Below, piece after piece: positions 37,721 through 46,159 of a stretch of 50,179 nucleotides of DNA. The stretch's first letter is position 1; each line of letters begins with the position of its first letter. The notes beneath the pieces are model-generated. The model was not told the DNA's origin. It searched no databases and saw nothing but the letters and a program-made list of their open reading frames with translations. The stretch is from the NCBI GenBank assembly GCA_963676915.2, contig CAXXVK010000017.1:1-50179 (forward strand). Reading direction: 5' to 3'. Source of the DNA: Myxococcota bacterium (GTDB lineage Bacteria; Myxococcota_A; SURF-8; G963663525). Position numbers and translations under genes: made by a program.

Positions 37721-38929
37721 TTATTTCCAAGTGACATCTTTAAAGAGTTCTCGCACCTTTCCTGTACCTACCATATTGCTCAGAATATAGTAGTTTTTGG
37801 TATCGTGCCGAATTCTGCCCGCGACAATGGAAGGATGAATCTTCAGTTGAAGGGCAAGCTGGGTAATTGCATCGGGAGTTCGTTGGCGAAAAGCATCACT
37901 GCGCTTCCAAATCGAACGAGGAATCAGGGTTTCTCCCGTAATTCTATCGGCTTCTCGTTCTCTCGGATTCCTGCCAGAATCCGAATCGAGGTCATCAATA
38001 AAAGCCTCTTCAGTTCCTTTCAGGTGCTTCCATACATGAACGAGTTCATGAATCAAATTATACCAGAAGTTGTCAATCCTGTCATGACGAAGAGTTAATC
38101 CAATGACAGGATTGCCACTGTCGGCAATCATTGCAGCACCGTCAAGATGGGTTTTCGGTAAATGGGGTTCAATTACAAGAGCGATTCCGTGCTCAGTGAG
38201 GTGTTTTTGCGCGTCAAGTGGACCGGTTGACGAAAGGCTCAATTCAGCGACCCTTTTCAAAAAGCCTTCATCGATAGTAGTTTCCTTATATGGCACAAGA
38301 TCCATCTCACTGGCCGCAATCAATACCTGTGCTGTCCATGCCCAAAGAGCATAGGTATCCATTTTCTTTCCAGACCGCTCAACTAGCGTTCTTCGACAGA
38401 AAACGGGGGTTTGCCCAACGCCACCAAGAGGCTTGAAAAAGCTTTCAATTAGCTCTTGGGTCTTGGATTTGATTTCTTTAGCGCTGGCTTCAATCCATCC
38501 TCGCTTTACCATTTCTTTAACCGGGAATTTCTCCCATTCAATTTCGCTTGAATCTTCAATTTTTTCTGGTGCATCTTGAACCAGAACTTTCAATGGAATT
38601 CCAAGTCCTTCATGGAGCGCCCGAATCATGGAAACGGTCAAAGCGCGTTTACCGCTAAGAACCTCGGAGACCTTGCTTTTTCCACCAATAAAGGGAACCA
38701 AATCCTTCTGGCGCAAGTTCTGTTCTTCCATCCGAAATCGAATCGCTTCAAGCGGGTTTGGCAAATCGAACGTATACCGCTCAGATTCATATTTTTCGAC
38801 AAGAACGGAAAGAAGATCGAGTTTTTCCGCTTCTTCGCTACCGGGTTCAGGATCAAGGACAATCAGATTCTCAATTTCCTCCATTGCTTTTTTATAGCCT
38901 GCTTCGTTTTTTATTACTCCCAGAGTCAT
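37721..38929 (-). CDS. HigA-type HTH antitoxin fused to an ImmA/IrrE metallopeptidase
   Basis: N-terminal LVEKYE..P.PLEAIRFRMEEQNL.QKDL...VSEVLSGKRAL; C-terminal LRHDRIDNFW..LIHELVH...E.EAD. Start ATG 38929 follows GGAGG. Confidence 0.9.
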   Translation of the reverse strand: MTLGVIKNEAGYKKAMEEIENLIVLDPEPGSEEAEKLDLLSVLVEKYESERYTFDLPNPLEAIRFRMEEQNLRQKDLVPFIGGKSKVSEVLSGKRALTVSMIRALHEGLGIPLKVLVQDAPEKIEDSSEIEWEKFPVKEMVKRGWIEASAKEIKSKTQELIESFFKPLGGVGQTPVFCRRTLVERSGKKMDTYALWAWTAQVLIAASEMDLVPYKETTIDEGFLKRVAELSLSSTGPLDAQKHLTEHGIALVIEPHLPKTHLDGAAMIADSGNPVIGLTLRHDRIDNFWYNLIHELVHVWKHLKGTEEAFIDDLDSDSGRNPREREADRITGETLIPRSIWKRSDAFRQRTPDAITQLALQLKIHPSIVAGRIRHDTKNYYILSNMVGTGKVRELFKDVTWK

Positions 38930-38945
38930 GGCTTGACCCTCCTCC

Positions 38946-39236
38946 CTATAGATCCCATCGGTCATATTCCGCATGGGTGCCTAGCTTTTGTACTTGGATG
39001 ATTCCCAATTTGTAGGCTATCGCCGTTAGCATTCTATAGGCATTTCCTTTCACGTTGAAAATCACCCTATTGTTGTCAAGGATGCTTGCAGATGGATATC
39101 TCTGTTTAACATCATCGGGATTTTGCCATCTCGTATCTTTATCTTCTATTTCCGCCAACCACGCTTCTAACCAAACTTTTGAATCTGCGTGTTTGCGTAT
39201 GAAGTCTTTTGTCTTTTTCTTCCCGTTTACTCGCAT
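38946..39236 (-). CDS. higB: HigB-family toxin (RelE-like RNase)
   Basis: W.NP.DVKQRYPSASIL..RVIFNVKGNAYR...GTHAEYD. Confidence 0.9.
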   Translation of the reverse strand: MRVNGKKKTKDFIRKHADSKVWLEAWLAEIEDKDTRWQNPDDVKQRYPSASILDNNRVIFNVKGNAYRMLTAIAYKLGIIQVQKLGTHAEYDRWDL

Positions 39237-39267
39237 CTGCAAAACCTCTTCGGTTCATCATGGAAAC

Positions 39268-39320
39268 ATCATAACATGTTCCCGTATTGAGATCAAGTTA
39301 AAAGTTCTAATTAGGGGAAC
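39268..39320 (-). promoter_or_regulatory. higBA promoter with two putative antitoxin operators
   Basis: Minus strand reads TTGATC, 17 bp, TATGAT with an extended TG. Related imperfect palindromes GTTCCCGTATTGAGATC (39278-39294) and GTTCTAATTAGGGGAAC (39304-39320). Confidence 0.55.
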
Positions 39321-39544
39321 TATAAATAAGAGGTTTCTAGTCGTCGGTTTTTGTTGAAGAATTTATGTTAGTCTACTGGAAATTCTTTTTTTTAAGCGCA
39401 CTGGCGAGTTTATTCAGCTTCTTCTTGGTGATACCGTCAATCGATTGGTGTTCGTCTTGATCTAATCAAAGCATTGTTATTTGAAATGAACTGAAGGATG
39501 AAACATATTTACCACAAATCACGATAACGCGAATAACTTCAAAG

Positions 39545-40705
39545 TTAGCTATTTCCTGCCTTCCTAAAGGGCAAGATCTTCGCATCATGCTCTTCAACTG
39601 CACCCCTGAGGTCTTCTACATTAAAAGGAGCGTATACTTTCGCTGTAATCGAAATATCAGTATGGCGAAGCAATCGGCTAGCGACGTGTAAACCTTTTTC
39701 ACGCGCAATTGCCAACCCAAACGAGCGCCGAAGATCATGGATATGAAGGTCGAGCAAGCCTGTTTCTTGTTGTAGTCTTTTCCAAGGTCGTTTCAAGTCA
39801 TGGCGGTGCTTTTCTGGATTTCGCCCAGGAAGAACGTAGGGACCAATGCGAGGTAGGGCATGAAGCATTTCACAGATGGATGGGGTTATAGGAATGATTT
39901 GCATTCTTCCTGCTTTTGTGGAAGGTAATCGCCACACTTTCGTATCAAAATCGAAATCTTCCCATCTAGCTCGTAAAACTTCACTTCTTCGCGCACCTGT
40001 CTGTACTAAAAGCATAAAAGCAGCCCTTAGATGTTGATCTTCAAGTTCAGAAATAGCAATAAGCATCTTTGTTAGCTCATTATCCGTCATTACCCTGTCT
40101 CTAGGTGGATTTTCTGGAAGCTTTTCAACCTTTAACGTTGGATTGGATTCAATGCTTCCTAAACGCCAAGCTGCTTGTAAACATGCCGAAATTGATGCAT
40201 GAAAGCGGTTTGCGGCGGTTTTGTGTCCAGACTCAACGATTTCGTGATAAAATTTACTAATATCTCCAGCTGTTATTTCAGAAAGAGCTTTTTTCCCCCA
40301 TCGTTCAATAGCCCAACCAAGATAACGTTTATCTTCTTCAGGACGTTTTTTTCTTTGCGAGACATTCTTTAAATACTCTGTTGCCCACTCTTTGAGCGTT
40401 TGTTCTGATCGTTTCGTTTTTCGTTCATCAAGGGGGTCAGTACCCGAAAGGATATCTGCAAGCTTTTGTTTCGCTAGTTGACGTGCCGTTTCAGAGGTAA
40501 GTTTTCCGTATTGCCCTAAGGTCATGCGACGGCGGCGAGTAGTTTTGCCATATTCAACAAAGAAACTTTTTCGCCCGGATGGATAAACAATAATACCGAA
40601 CCCTTTAAGAGATTCATCATAGTAACGGATTCCCCGCGGATTGGTTTCCAAATCGGGTAATGGCAAGCTTTCAATTTTCTTACGTGTCAGTTTAACAATT
40701 GCCAT
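39545..40705 (-). CDS. Tyrosine integrase of element 1 with N-terminal arm-binding domain
   Basis: LTRKKIE..D..LKGFG..V.PSG.KSF N-terminal domain; catalytic GARRSE, HDLRR, LRH and Y; next to attR. Confidence 0.93.
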   Translation of the reverse strand: MAIVKLTRKKIESLPLPDLETNPRGIRYYDESLKGFGIIVYPSGRKSFFVEYGKTTRRRRMTLGQYGKLTSETARQLAKQKLADILSGTDPLDERKTKRSEQTLKEWATEYLKNVSQRKKRPEEDKRYLGWAIERWGKKALSEITAGDISKFYHEIVESGHKTAANRFHASISACLQAAWRLGSIESNPTLKVEKLPENPPRDRVMTDNELTKMLIAISELEDQHLRAAFMLLVQTGARRSEVLRARWEDFDFDTKVWRLPSTKAGRMQIIPITPSICEMLHALPRIGPYVLPGRNPEKHRHDLKRPWKRLQQETGLLDLHIHDLRRSFGLAIAREKGLHVASRLLRHTDISITAKVYAPFNVEDLRGAVEEHDAKILPFRKAGNS

Positions 40706-40750
40706 TTTCTAAAATCTCCTGACCTGAAAGCTAAAATTCAGCTGGCCGTG

Positions 40751-40810
40751 TAGTCGCAGCATCGTCGCAGCTAAAAATGGAAAGATCGTTTCGTCGCATA
40801 ATCGTCGCAT
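40751..40810 (+). repeat. Putative integrase arm-type sites (right)
   Basis: TAGTCGCAG, ATCGTCGCAG, TTCGTCGCAT, ATCGTCGCAT arranged as two tandem pairs. Confidence 0.75.
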
Positions 40811-40918
40811 TAATAAAGCAACACTGACAACGAACAGGAAACCCCAATACACCTTGATACTACTGGTTTTTATTAATTTTGTCAACATGAAAGAGTAACG
40901 ATAAAACGTATGGCCTAG

Positions 40919-40966
40919 TGAATGGGGTTCAGGGGGTCGGAGGTTCAAATCCTCTCGCTCCGACCA
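40919..40966 (+). repeat. attR core (duplicated 3' part of tRNA-Pro)
   Basis: 48-bp identity with 28657-28704; the 5' part of the tRNA is absent. Confidence 0.95.
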
Positions 40967-40972
40967 GTAATT

Positions 40973-41007
40973 ACAGCCACTTACGTTAATTCGTGAGTGG
41001 CTGTTTT
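40973..41007. terminator. Terminator hairpin between attR and the second integrase
   Basis: ACAGCCACTTACG-ttaatt-CGTGAGTGGCTGT followed by TTT. Confidence 0.7.
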
Positions 41008-42226
41008 AGTTCTCCTGACACAATTTGACACAAATTGACGACGTTTTCTCCGCGAGAGAACGAACGGTGGGGTCGGCATGGTGGACCAAAGCATCGGCTT
41101 GAAGCTTCAATGCCTGTAATTCCGGATCAATGAAAGCGGCTTCCATCTTCTTCTGCATCCAAAGGATATCCAAGTGACCGTAAGTGTCGACCGTCGTCCC
41201 GATTTCGGTGTGACCCAGGACAGCCTGGGCGAAGGCCATGCCGCCCGACTGGATGAGTCGTGTGGCACATACATGGCGAAGGTCGTGAAAGCTCAGTCTG
41301 GATGCACCGGCAGCTTTGCAGGCGTTCTTTAGACGTTTATTGATATCCCCCCGGAACGTTGGAAACAGAAGGGCTCCAGGCTCTTTATCTTCCAGTGCAG
41401 GGCGGATGAATGGCACCGCTGGGTCGGGAATGGGACTTGGGCGTGGATCTCCGGTTTTCGTATCTCCCATCTCGTCAATGGCTTCTTCGCCATACAGCCT
41501 CGTGCACCCACCTTGGACATAGAGAATACGATGCTCAAGATCGACATCCTGAACTGTAAGGGCCATGACCTCTCCCAAGCGTAGGCCGCAGAACATGCCT
41601 ATCGCGATCGCAGGACGAGTGGAATCGCTTGCGCATTCACAGATCCTTATCATCATGTCCACACTGACCATGGGGATGATTTTCTTATTTCGCTTGTGGG
41701 TGTAGGTCCATGGGGACTTTTGGATATGCCCGGCTTTTGTAGCGCCATTCAGCAAGATGGAGAGGAAGCGACTGACGTGATCCCGTGTGCCATTGGTAGC
41801 AATGCCAGCAAGGACCAGCTTAATGGCTTCCTCGTCGATGCTAGCGAGGTCCAACTCCCGCAGTTCCTCGGGAATCTTCGACCAGCAGTATTTGTAATTG
41901 GCAACCGTTTTGGGTGCGAGTTTCTGGTATTTTTCTTCACTCCACTTTTCGTACCAGGTATCCAGGCTCATGGAACTCTTGGAGACCAGCGGTATACCGG
42001 AGTTGACTTCCTGGGCCAGAATCAAGGCTCGTTCGTAAGCGGTTTCCAAATCCTTGCCCAGGCTTTTCCATATCTCTTTGCCATTTCGGCGGTAGCTGAA
42101 TTGAAAGGCTCCCGACTGCTTGCGATAGCGCATGCGACAGGGGAAAAGCTGGCGGTTCATTTGCACCAAGCGACGCTGGGTTGATTTGGGGAGGTCTACA
42201 GTTTTCGCCTTACTCGTCTTCGCCAT
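41006..42226 (-). CDS. Tyrosine integrase of element 2
   Basis: GLRLGE, TKTG, FHDLRH, LGH and TY catalytic motifs; 3' end abuts the att site. Start taken at MAKTSK. Confidence 0.9.
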   Translation of the reverse strand: MAKTSKAKTVDLPKSTQRRLVQMNRQLFPCRMRYRKQSGAFQFSYRRNGKEIWKSLGKDLETAYERALILAQEVNSGIPLVSKSSMSLDTWYEKWSEEKYQKLAPKTVANYKYCWSKIPEELRELDLASIDEEAIKLVLAGIATNGTRDHVSRFLSILLNGATKAGHIQKSPWTYTHKRNKKIIPMVSVDMMIRICECASDSTRPAIAIGMFCGLRLGEVMALTVQDVDLEHRILYVQGGCTRLYGEEAIDEMGDTKTGDPRPSPIPDPAVPFIRPALEDKEPGALLFPTFRGDINKRLKNACKAAGASRLSFHDLRHVCATRLIQSGGMAFAQAVLGHTEIGTTVDTYGHLDILWMQKKMEAAFIDPELQALKLQADALVHHADPTVRSLAEKTSSICVKLCQEN

Positions 42227-42640
42227 TCTTTTCCTTTTCACATTCATCTTCCAGTTCATTCAGAAGAAACCGGATATAATGTTGAGCTTGTGGAACGTCT
42301 TTATAATCGCCGCTTCCTGCTTTCAGGTCTTTCATCTCCCTTGTAAACCAGATCTTTACCAACTCTTTGTCGTGAAAATGTCTGTACAAAGATTTAATGG
42401 TATTTCGAGTCTGCAAAAAGCCCATCTTTCCTACGGCATTCAGATCACGGAACCAGTCAATCAAATCCTTCTCCATCTCATTGAGTTCAGGATTCGGTTG
42501 TTTGCTCAGTTCCGCCCCAAGGTCAAGTCCATGAAGCTCACTGATGGAAATCTGGTAAGCGTTTGCCAATGAAACGAGATCGCTAAAAATCGGGCTGGTT
42601 TTCCCGGACTCGATTCCGAGATATCGCCCTCGCTTGTAGG
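42210..42640 (-). pseudogene. 5'-truncated XRE-family repressor
   Basis: Extending ORF 42210-42569 upstream in frame gives KRGRYLGIESGKTSPIFSDLVSLANAYQISISEL, the second half of an XRE HTH. There is no start codon or first helix before an in-frame stop. Confidence 0.55.
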
Positions 42641-42742
42641 AAAATCCCTCAGTTCGATATTCGCCGTGTGGGGAATCGGGTGATGGTGACGCGAGAGAGT
42701 TTGTTCAAATTTCTCTGCGGAGAAAAGGAGAAAGATATTTAA
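42641..42742 (+). pseudogene. 5'-truncated excisionase-like (HTH_17) fragment
   Basis: KIPQFDIRRVGNRVMVTRESLFKFLCGEKEKDI* resembles the Xis wing and terminal helix; no upstream start. Confidence 0.45.
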
Positions 42743-42782
42743 GCAATTCCCTATCACTATTATAACCATCTTTAAAAAAAAT

Positions 42783-44396
42783 GTGCTCATGCCTAAAAAT
42801 CCCGAAACCACCGAAATTCGCGACATCCTGGAAAACCGGTTCTTCCATCAACTCATCGATCAGGATATCCCTAGAGAGGACGCCGAAGCCATTGCCTACA
42901 AATCTGTCTCCACAGTCCTGCAGGCCTGTTTTCACTTGGTCAAGGAGAAGAAATACAAGTGTGCCGTTCTTGGCCGGTGGAGGGTGCTCGTCAATGCGGC
43001 GATATCCACCTCATGGCCGATAGAAGATGATCTCCAGATCGTCGCCGAATGGTGCCAGGACCAGTTATCGCAGCGCCCACCGGATGAATGGGTCGAGGAG
43101 TTCGTGTCTAAAGCCAACTTGACTTGGGTGGTTGGTGATCCTCCCATTGTCAAAGACGGACGGATAAAACTGTCTGTTGCAGCATGTGTGGTGGTTTATG
43201 AAGCCTACTTTCAAGTCTTGGAGGGTCGCGAATTGGAAGCCATTCGAATTGGCACGGATAAGGTTTGCTTCTCATTCTACATGGCACTGAATCATGGCGC
43301 TGACCCGAACAGCTTCTGGATCGCCTGGAATGAGAGAACGAGTAAGTATGAGATCTTCGACAAAACGAGGAATGGGTACCCGATACGTCTTCCTGCTACG
43401 GTTTTCGTAAGGACGGCAGCCTACCTTGTGGGTAAGGACGGTAAGTCTCATTTTGAAGCACTGGATACCTCTACCCCTTCCGAGTTCATGGAGCAGGATA
43501 CGGATGAGTCGAAGGACGTGAAGGCACTTCAGAAGCGCTTTTTTGGCCCGTTCGCTATTCGACTGTGGGCGGCCTTGCTTGCAAATGGCCAAGATGGAGA
43601 ATTCGATTTTGATCCTGAGTACACGTTAGCTCTTATGCACTACTCCAAACGCTATAGACGTGAACCTAAAGTGCAATATGAGATCAGATTGCTCGTGAAC
43701 CTGTTTAGGCACTTTAATATTCGCCTTGGTGCGAAGGATGATTATTTTGATCCTGTGCCAATCAAAACCAAGGAAGATAAGTACTCAGATCCTTTTTTTG
43801 AGCTTAGTCGACTGTCTACGATAAGGCCTGAATTGATCTCTGGCGCTTCCAAAGGTGAATATTTCCTGTTACCGGCGGATTTGTGCAACATAAATCACAA
43901 ACCATTACCTCACGTCTACCCTCTGTCCTTCTTTCTTGCGGTGATGTTTCAGCGGGCGTTTCAGTACGGGAAACAATGGGTTGAAGTGTCTGGAAAGAAG
44001 CTCTTGATATTGGCTCGCGAGAAGAAGTACACCAAGAAGATCCGCAAGGCGCTTCAGACCTCAATGGATATGTTGGTAAAAGCTCAAGTAATCGACCATT
44101 ACGAATGGCGGAACTTTCCTTGGTCCCCAGGTGGCACCATCCGTTTCGAGGCTCCTCGCTGGGTCGTTGAGCGCCTCCTGTACGGGATCGCCCCCATCGA
44201 GCCGGTTTATGTTTATGCTCCTGATACCGGAGAAGCCCTCCGTAATTTCCGGAAGCAGATGTCCCTTACTCAGGATCAATTGGCACAGCTTGTCGGAGTC
44301 AACCGGATAACCATCATCCGGTACGAGAAGGCCGAAAGTATTCCGGAGAGGTTCATTGACAAACTGGAAGCCTGGCAACTTGACATTGCGAAGTAG
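42783..44396 (+). CDS. Hypothetical 537-aa protein with C-terminal XRE HTH (possible replication/DNA-binding protein)
   Basis: C-terminal ALRNFRKQMSLTQDQLAQLVGVNRITIIRYEK; the rest is not recognised. Confidence 0.7.
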   Translation: MLMPKNPETTEIRDILENRFFHQLIDQDIPREDAEAIAYKSVSTVLQACFHLVKEKKYKCAVLGRWRVLVNAAISTSWPIEDDLQIVAEWCQDQLSQRPPDEWVEEFVSKANLTWVVGDPPIVKDGRIKLSVAACVVVYEAYFQVLEGRELEAIRIGTDKVCFSFYMALNHGADPNSFWIAWNERTSKYEIFDKTRNGYPIRLPATVFVRTAAYLVGKDGKSHFEALDTSTPSEFMEQDTDESKDVKALQKRFFGPFAIRLWAALLANGQDGEFDFDPEYTLALMHYSKRYRREPKVQYEIRLLVNLFRHFNIRLGAKDDYFDPVPIKTKEDKYSDPFFELSRLSTIRPELISGASKGEYFLLPADLCNINHKPLPHVYPLSFFLAVMFQRAFQYGKQWVEVSGKKLLILAREKKYTKKIRKALQTSMDMLVKAQVIDHYEWRNFPWSPGGTIRFEAPRWVVERLLYGIAPIEPVYVYAPDTGEALRNFRKQMSLTQDQLAQLVGVNRITIIRYEKAESIPERFIDKLEAWQLDIAK

Positions 44397-46159
44397 GGGG
44401 CTTTAGTCATGTCCACGATACCATCCAGGAAATTGGCTACAAAGCCCCCCAAATCTGAGAACCCCACGTGCACATTCCACCCGCTGAACACTCTGCCGGT
44501 CACGGTGTTTGTGTGGGTAGCCCTTAAATAGAGAGGCATAGAAAATGGTTGTCACGAAGGACTCCAGTTCCTTGTAGACAGGTAACTTGCTGTTATTACA
44601 ATTGATTCTCTCCGATCAGCACACTCTACCGTACATTTCTGAGAAATACACCCACATTTTGTGATACAAAACAAGGAACTGATGCTCATTCGAGTGTAAC
44701 ATTTCGAGGAAATAGCATGAATTCTCGTTCTTCGAGGCAATTTGATCAATTCCTCCTTGCTTTCCGCTAAATGTTCCCACCGTTTCGGATGTACTTCCAG
44801 GATCTGTCACATGAACCTATGGTTCATTTCCTTAAAATGTTACATTTCTCTTTTAGAGAAAATCATAGATTTTCCTGTAAAATCAACAGATTATCATCGG
44901 ATAGAAAGGGTGGGAGTTCTCGATGATGGATTTATTTCCCTGTCTATCTGGGGAAGGGGTACGTGGCACCCTCGATTGGTAGAGTTCTCTCGGGTGATCC
45001 TTCTCGGTGGAGTCCCGGAAACGTGGACGGCAGGGGCAGCAGGTTCTACCCTAGCTATCAACTCGGGTGCCTTGACAAGACGGTGAGTGGGGTGCGCCCG
45101 AAACACGAGAACGTCTACCGCACCGTGCAGATCTCCCTGGTGAAGTCCCACGAGTACGGATTGGACCTGGATGGGTTCGGGCTCTCGAATACCACTGATG
45201 AGCCCGTTGTCACTAGGACTCCGGAGGGGACGAACATCATCGTGCTACCGTCGCAAGCGGAGGATAACCTCCCTCGAAGTCTGCGGCGAAGACGGTCCAG
45301 ACAATCTCGCTCGCGCTCCAGGAGGTGATGCAGTGTGATAACGCCGACGTCGGTACAACTGAAAAGTTGCGTACCGGTGCATCGGCGTCGGCGGGAATTC
45401 TCGCTGCCCGACTGGAAGACTCTGGCTGATGGAAGGTTCTACCATCACTGGAAGACTCTCACCGGCGTTGGTTTGGAAATTCTGCATTCTGGTCGGACCT
45501 AGCCTTGTCTGTCCCCGAGGGGGGTAGGTATTTCATTTTACGCAATTTATTAGTTAAGTCTTTGATATCATTCAGGAGTACACTCTACAACTTATCCATT
45601 AAAAAAAACGATATTGCGACGTCGGAGTTAGAGTGTTCCACCAACAAGTAAGTAATCCGAGGTGATGCTGATTAGTTTCGCTACCGACGTCGGGTACTTC
45701 GTTTACGCCGAGGGCTGTGGGAAACGATAGGGGTCCCAATCGTGCGGAACCCCCCTGCCCACAACCGGATGCATTTGGGAGGCAAATCGCCGACAACTAC
45801 GACAGCTTGTTTGTTGGTGTCCGTCCGTATATACGAACCACCGTTTTCACCAACCTGGTCCGTTCGTCAAAACAACGGTCAATTTTCCATATCTTCCTTC
45901 ATAGAAAAATGAAATCTGGTTGGGAAAATGGCGTTCTGAGATTTTTGAGGATTTTTACGCGCAGGAAGGTTCTCCTTTGGTGCTTGGTGGGCTGGAGGCA
46001 TCGCCTTTGCAAAGAATTTACGTAGACAGACAAACTCGTTCCTTTGAAACGCATGCATCAGATGACGACTTGTACGAAAAGGATGGATTCATGCCTTCCT
46101 TTACAAAGATAGATTTGTCTATGATACGAGAGCTAATTTGTGGTAATCATGGGCTTTTA

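Larger units (their letters stand above)
28657..40966. mobile_element. Integrated capsid-less satellite-like genomic island (element 1)
   Basis: Bounded by an exact 48-bp direct repeat (28657-28704 and 40919-40966). Contains AlpA/Xis, primase-helicase and integrase genes; visibly more AT-rich than the flank. Confidence 0.93.

Noticed and set aside
40709-40948. 79-aa ORF upstream of the integrase
   Set aside because: It runs antisense through attR and the arm repeats, a typical spurious call.
40919-40966. Second tRNA-Pro gene
   Set aside because: Only the 3' 48 nt are present; the acceptor 5' strand and D-arm are missing, so it is attR.
28657-40966. Intact prophage or ICE
   Set aside because: No structural, packaging, lysis, relaxase or type IV secretion genes are recognisable.
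45490-45497. TGGTCGGA as the right att of element 2 (also TCCGACCA at ~49446)
   Set aside because: Only 8-bp matches. The first is in the wrong orientation and the second lies inside a coding region.
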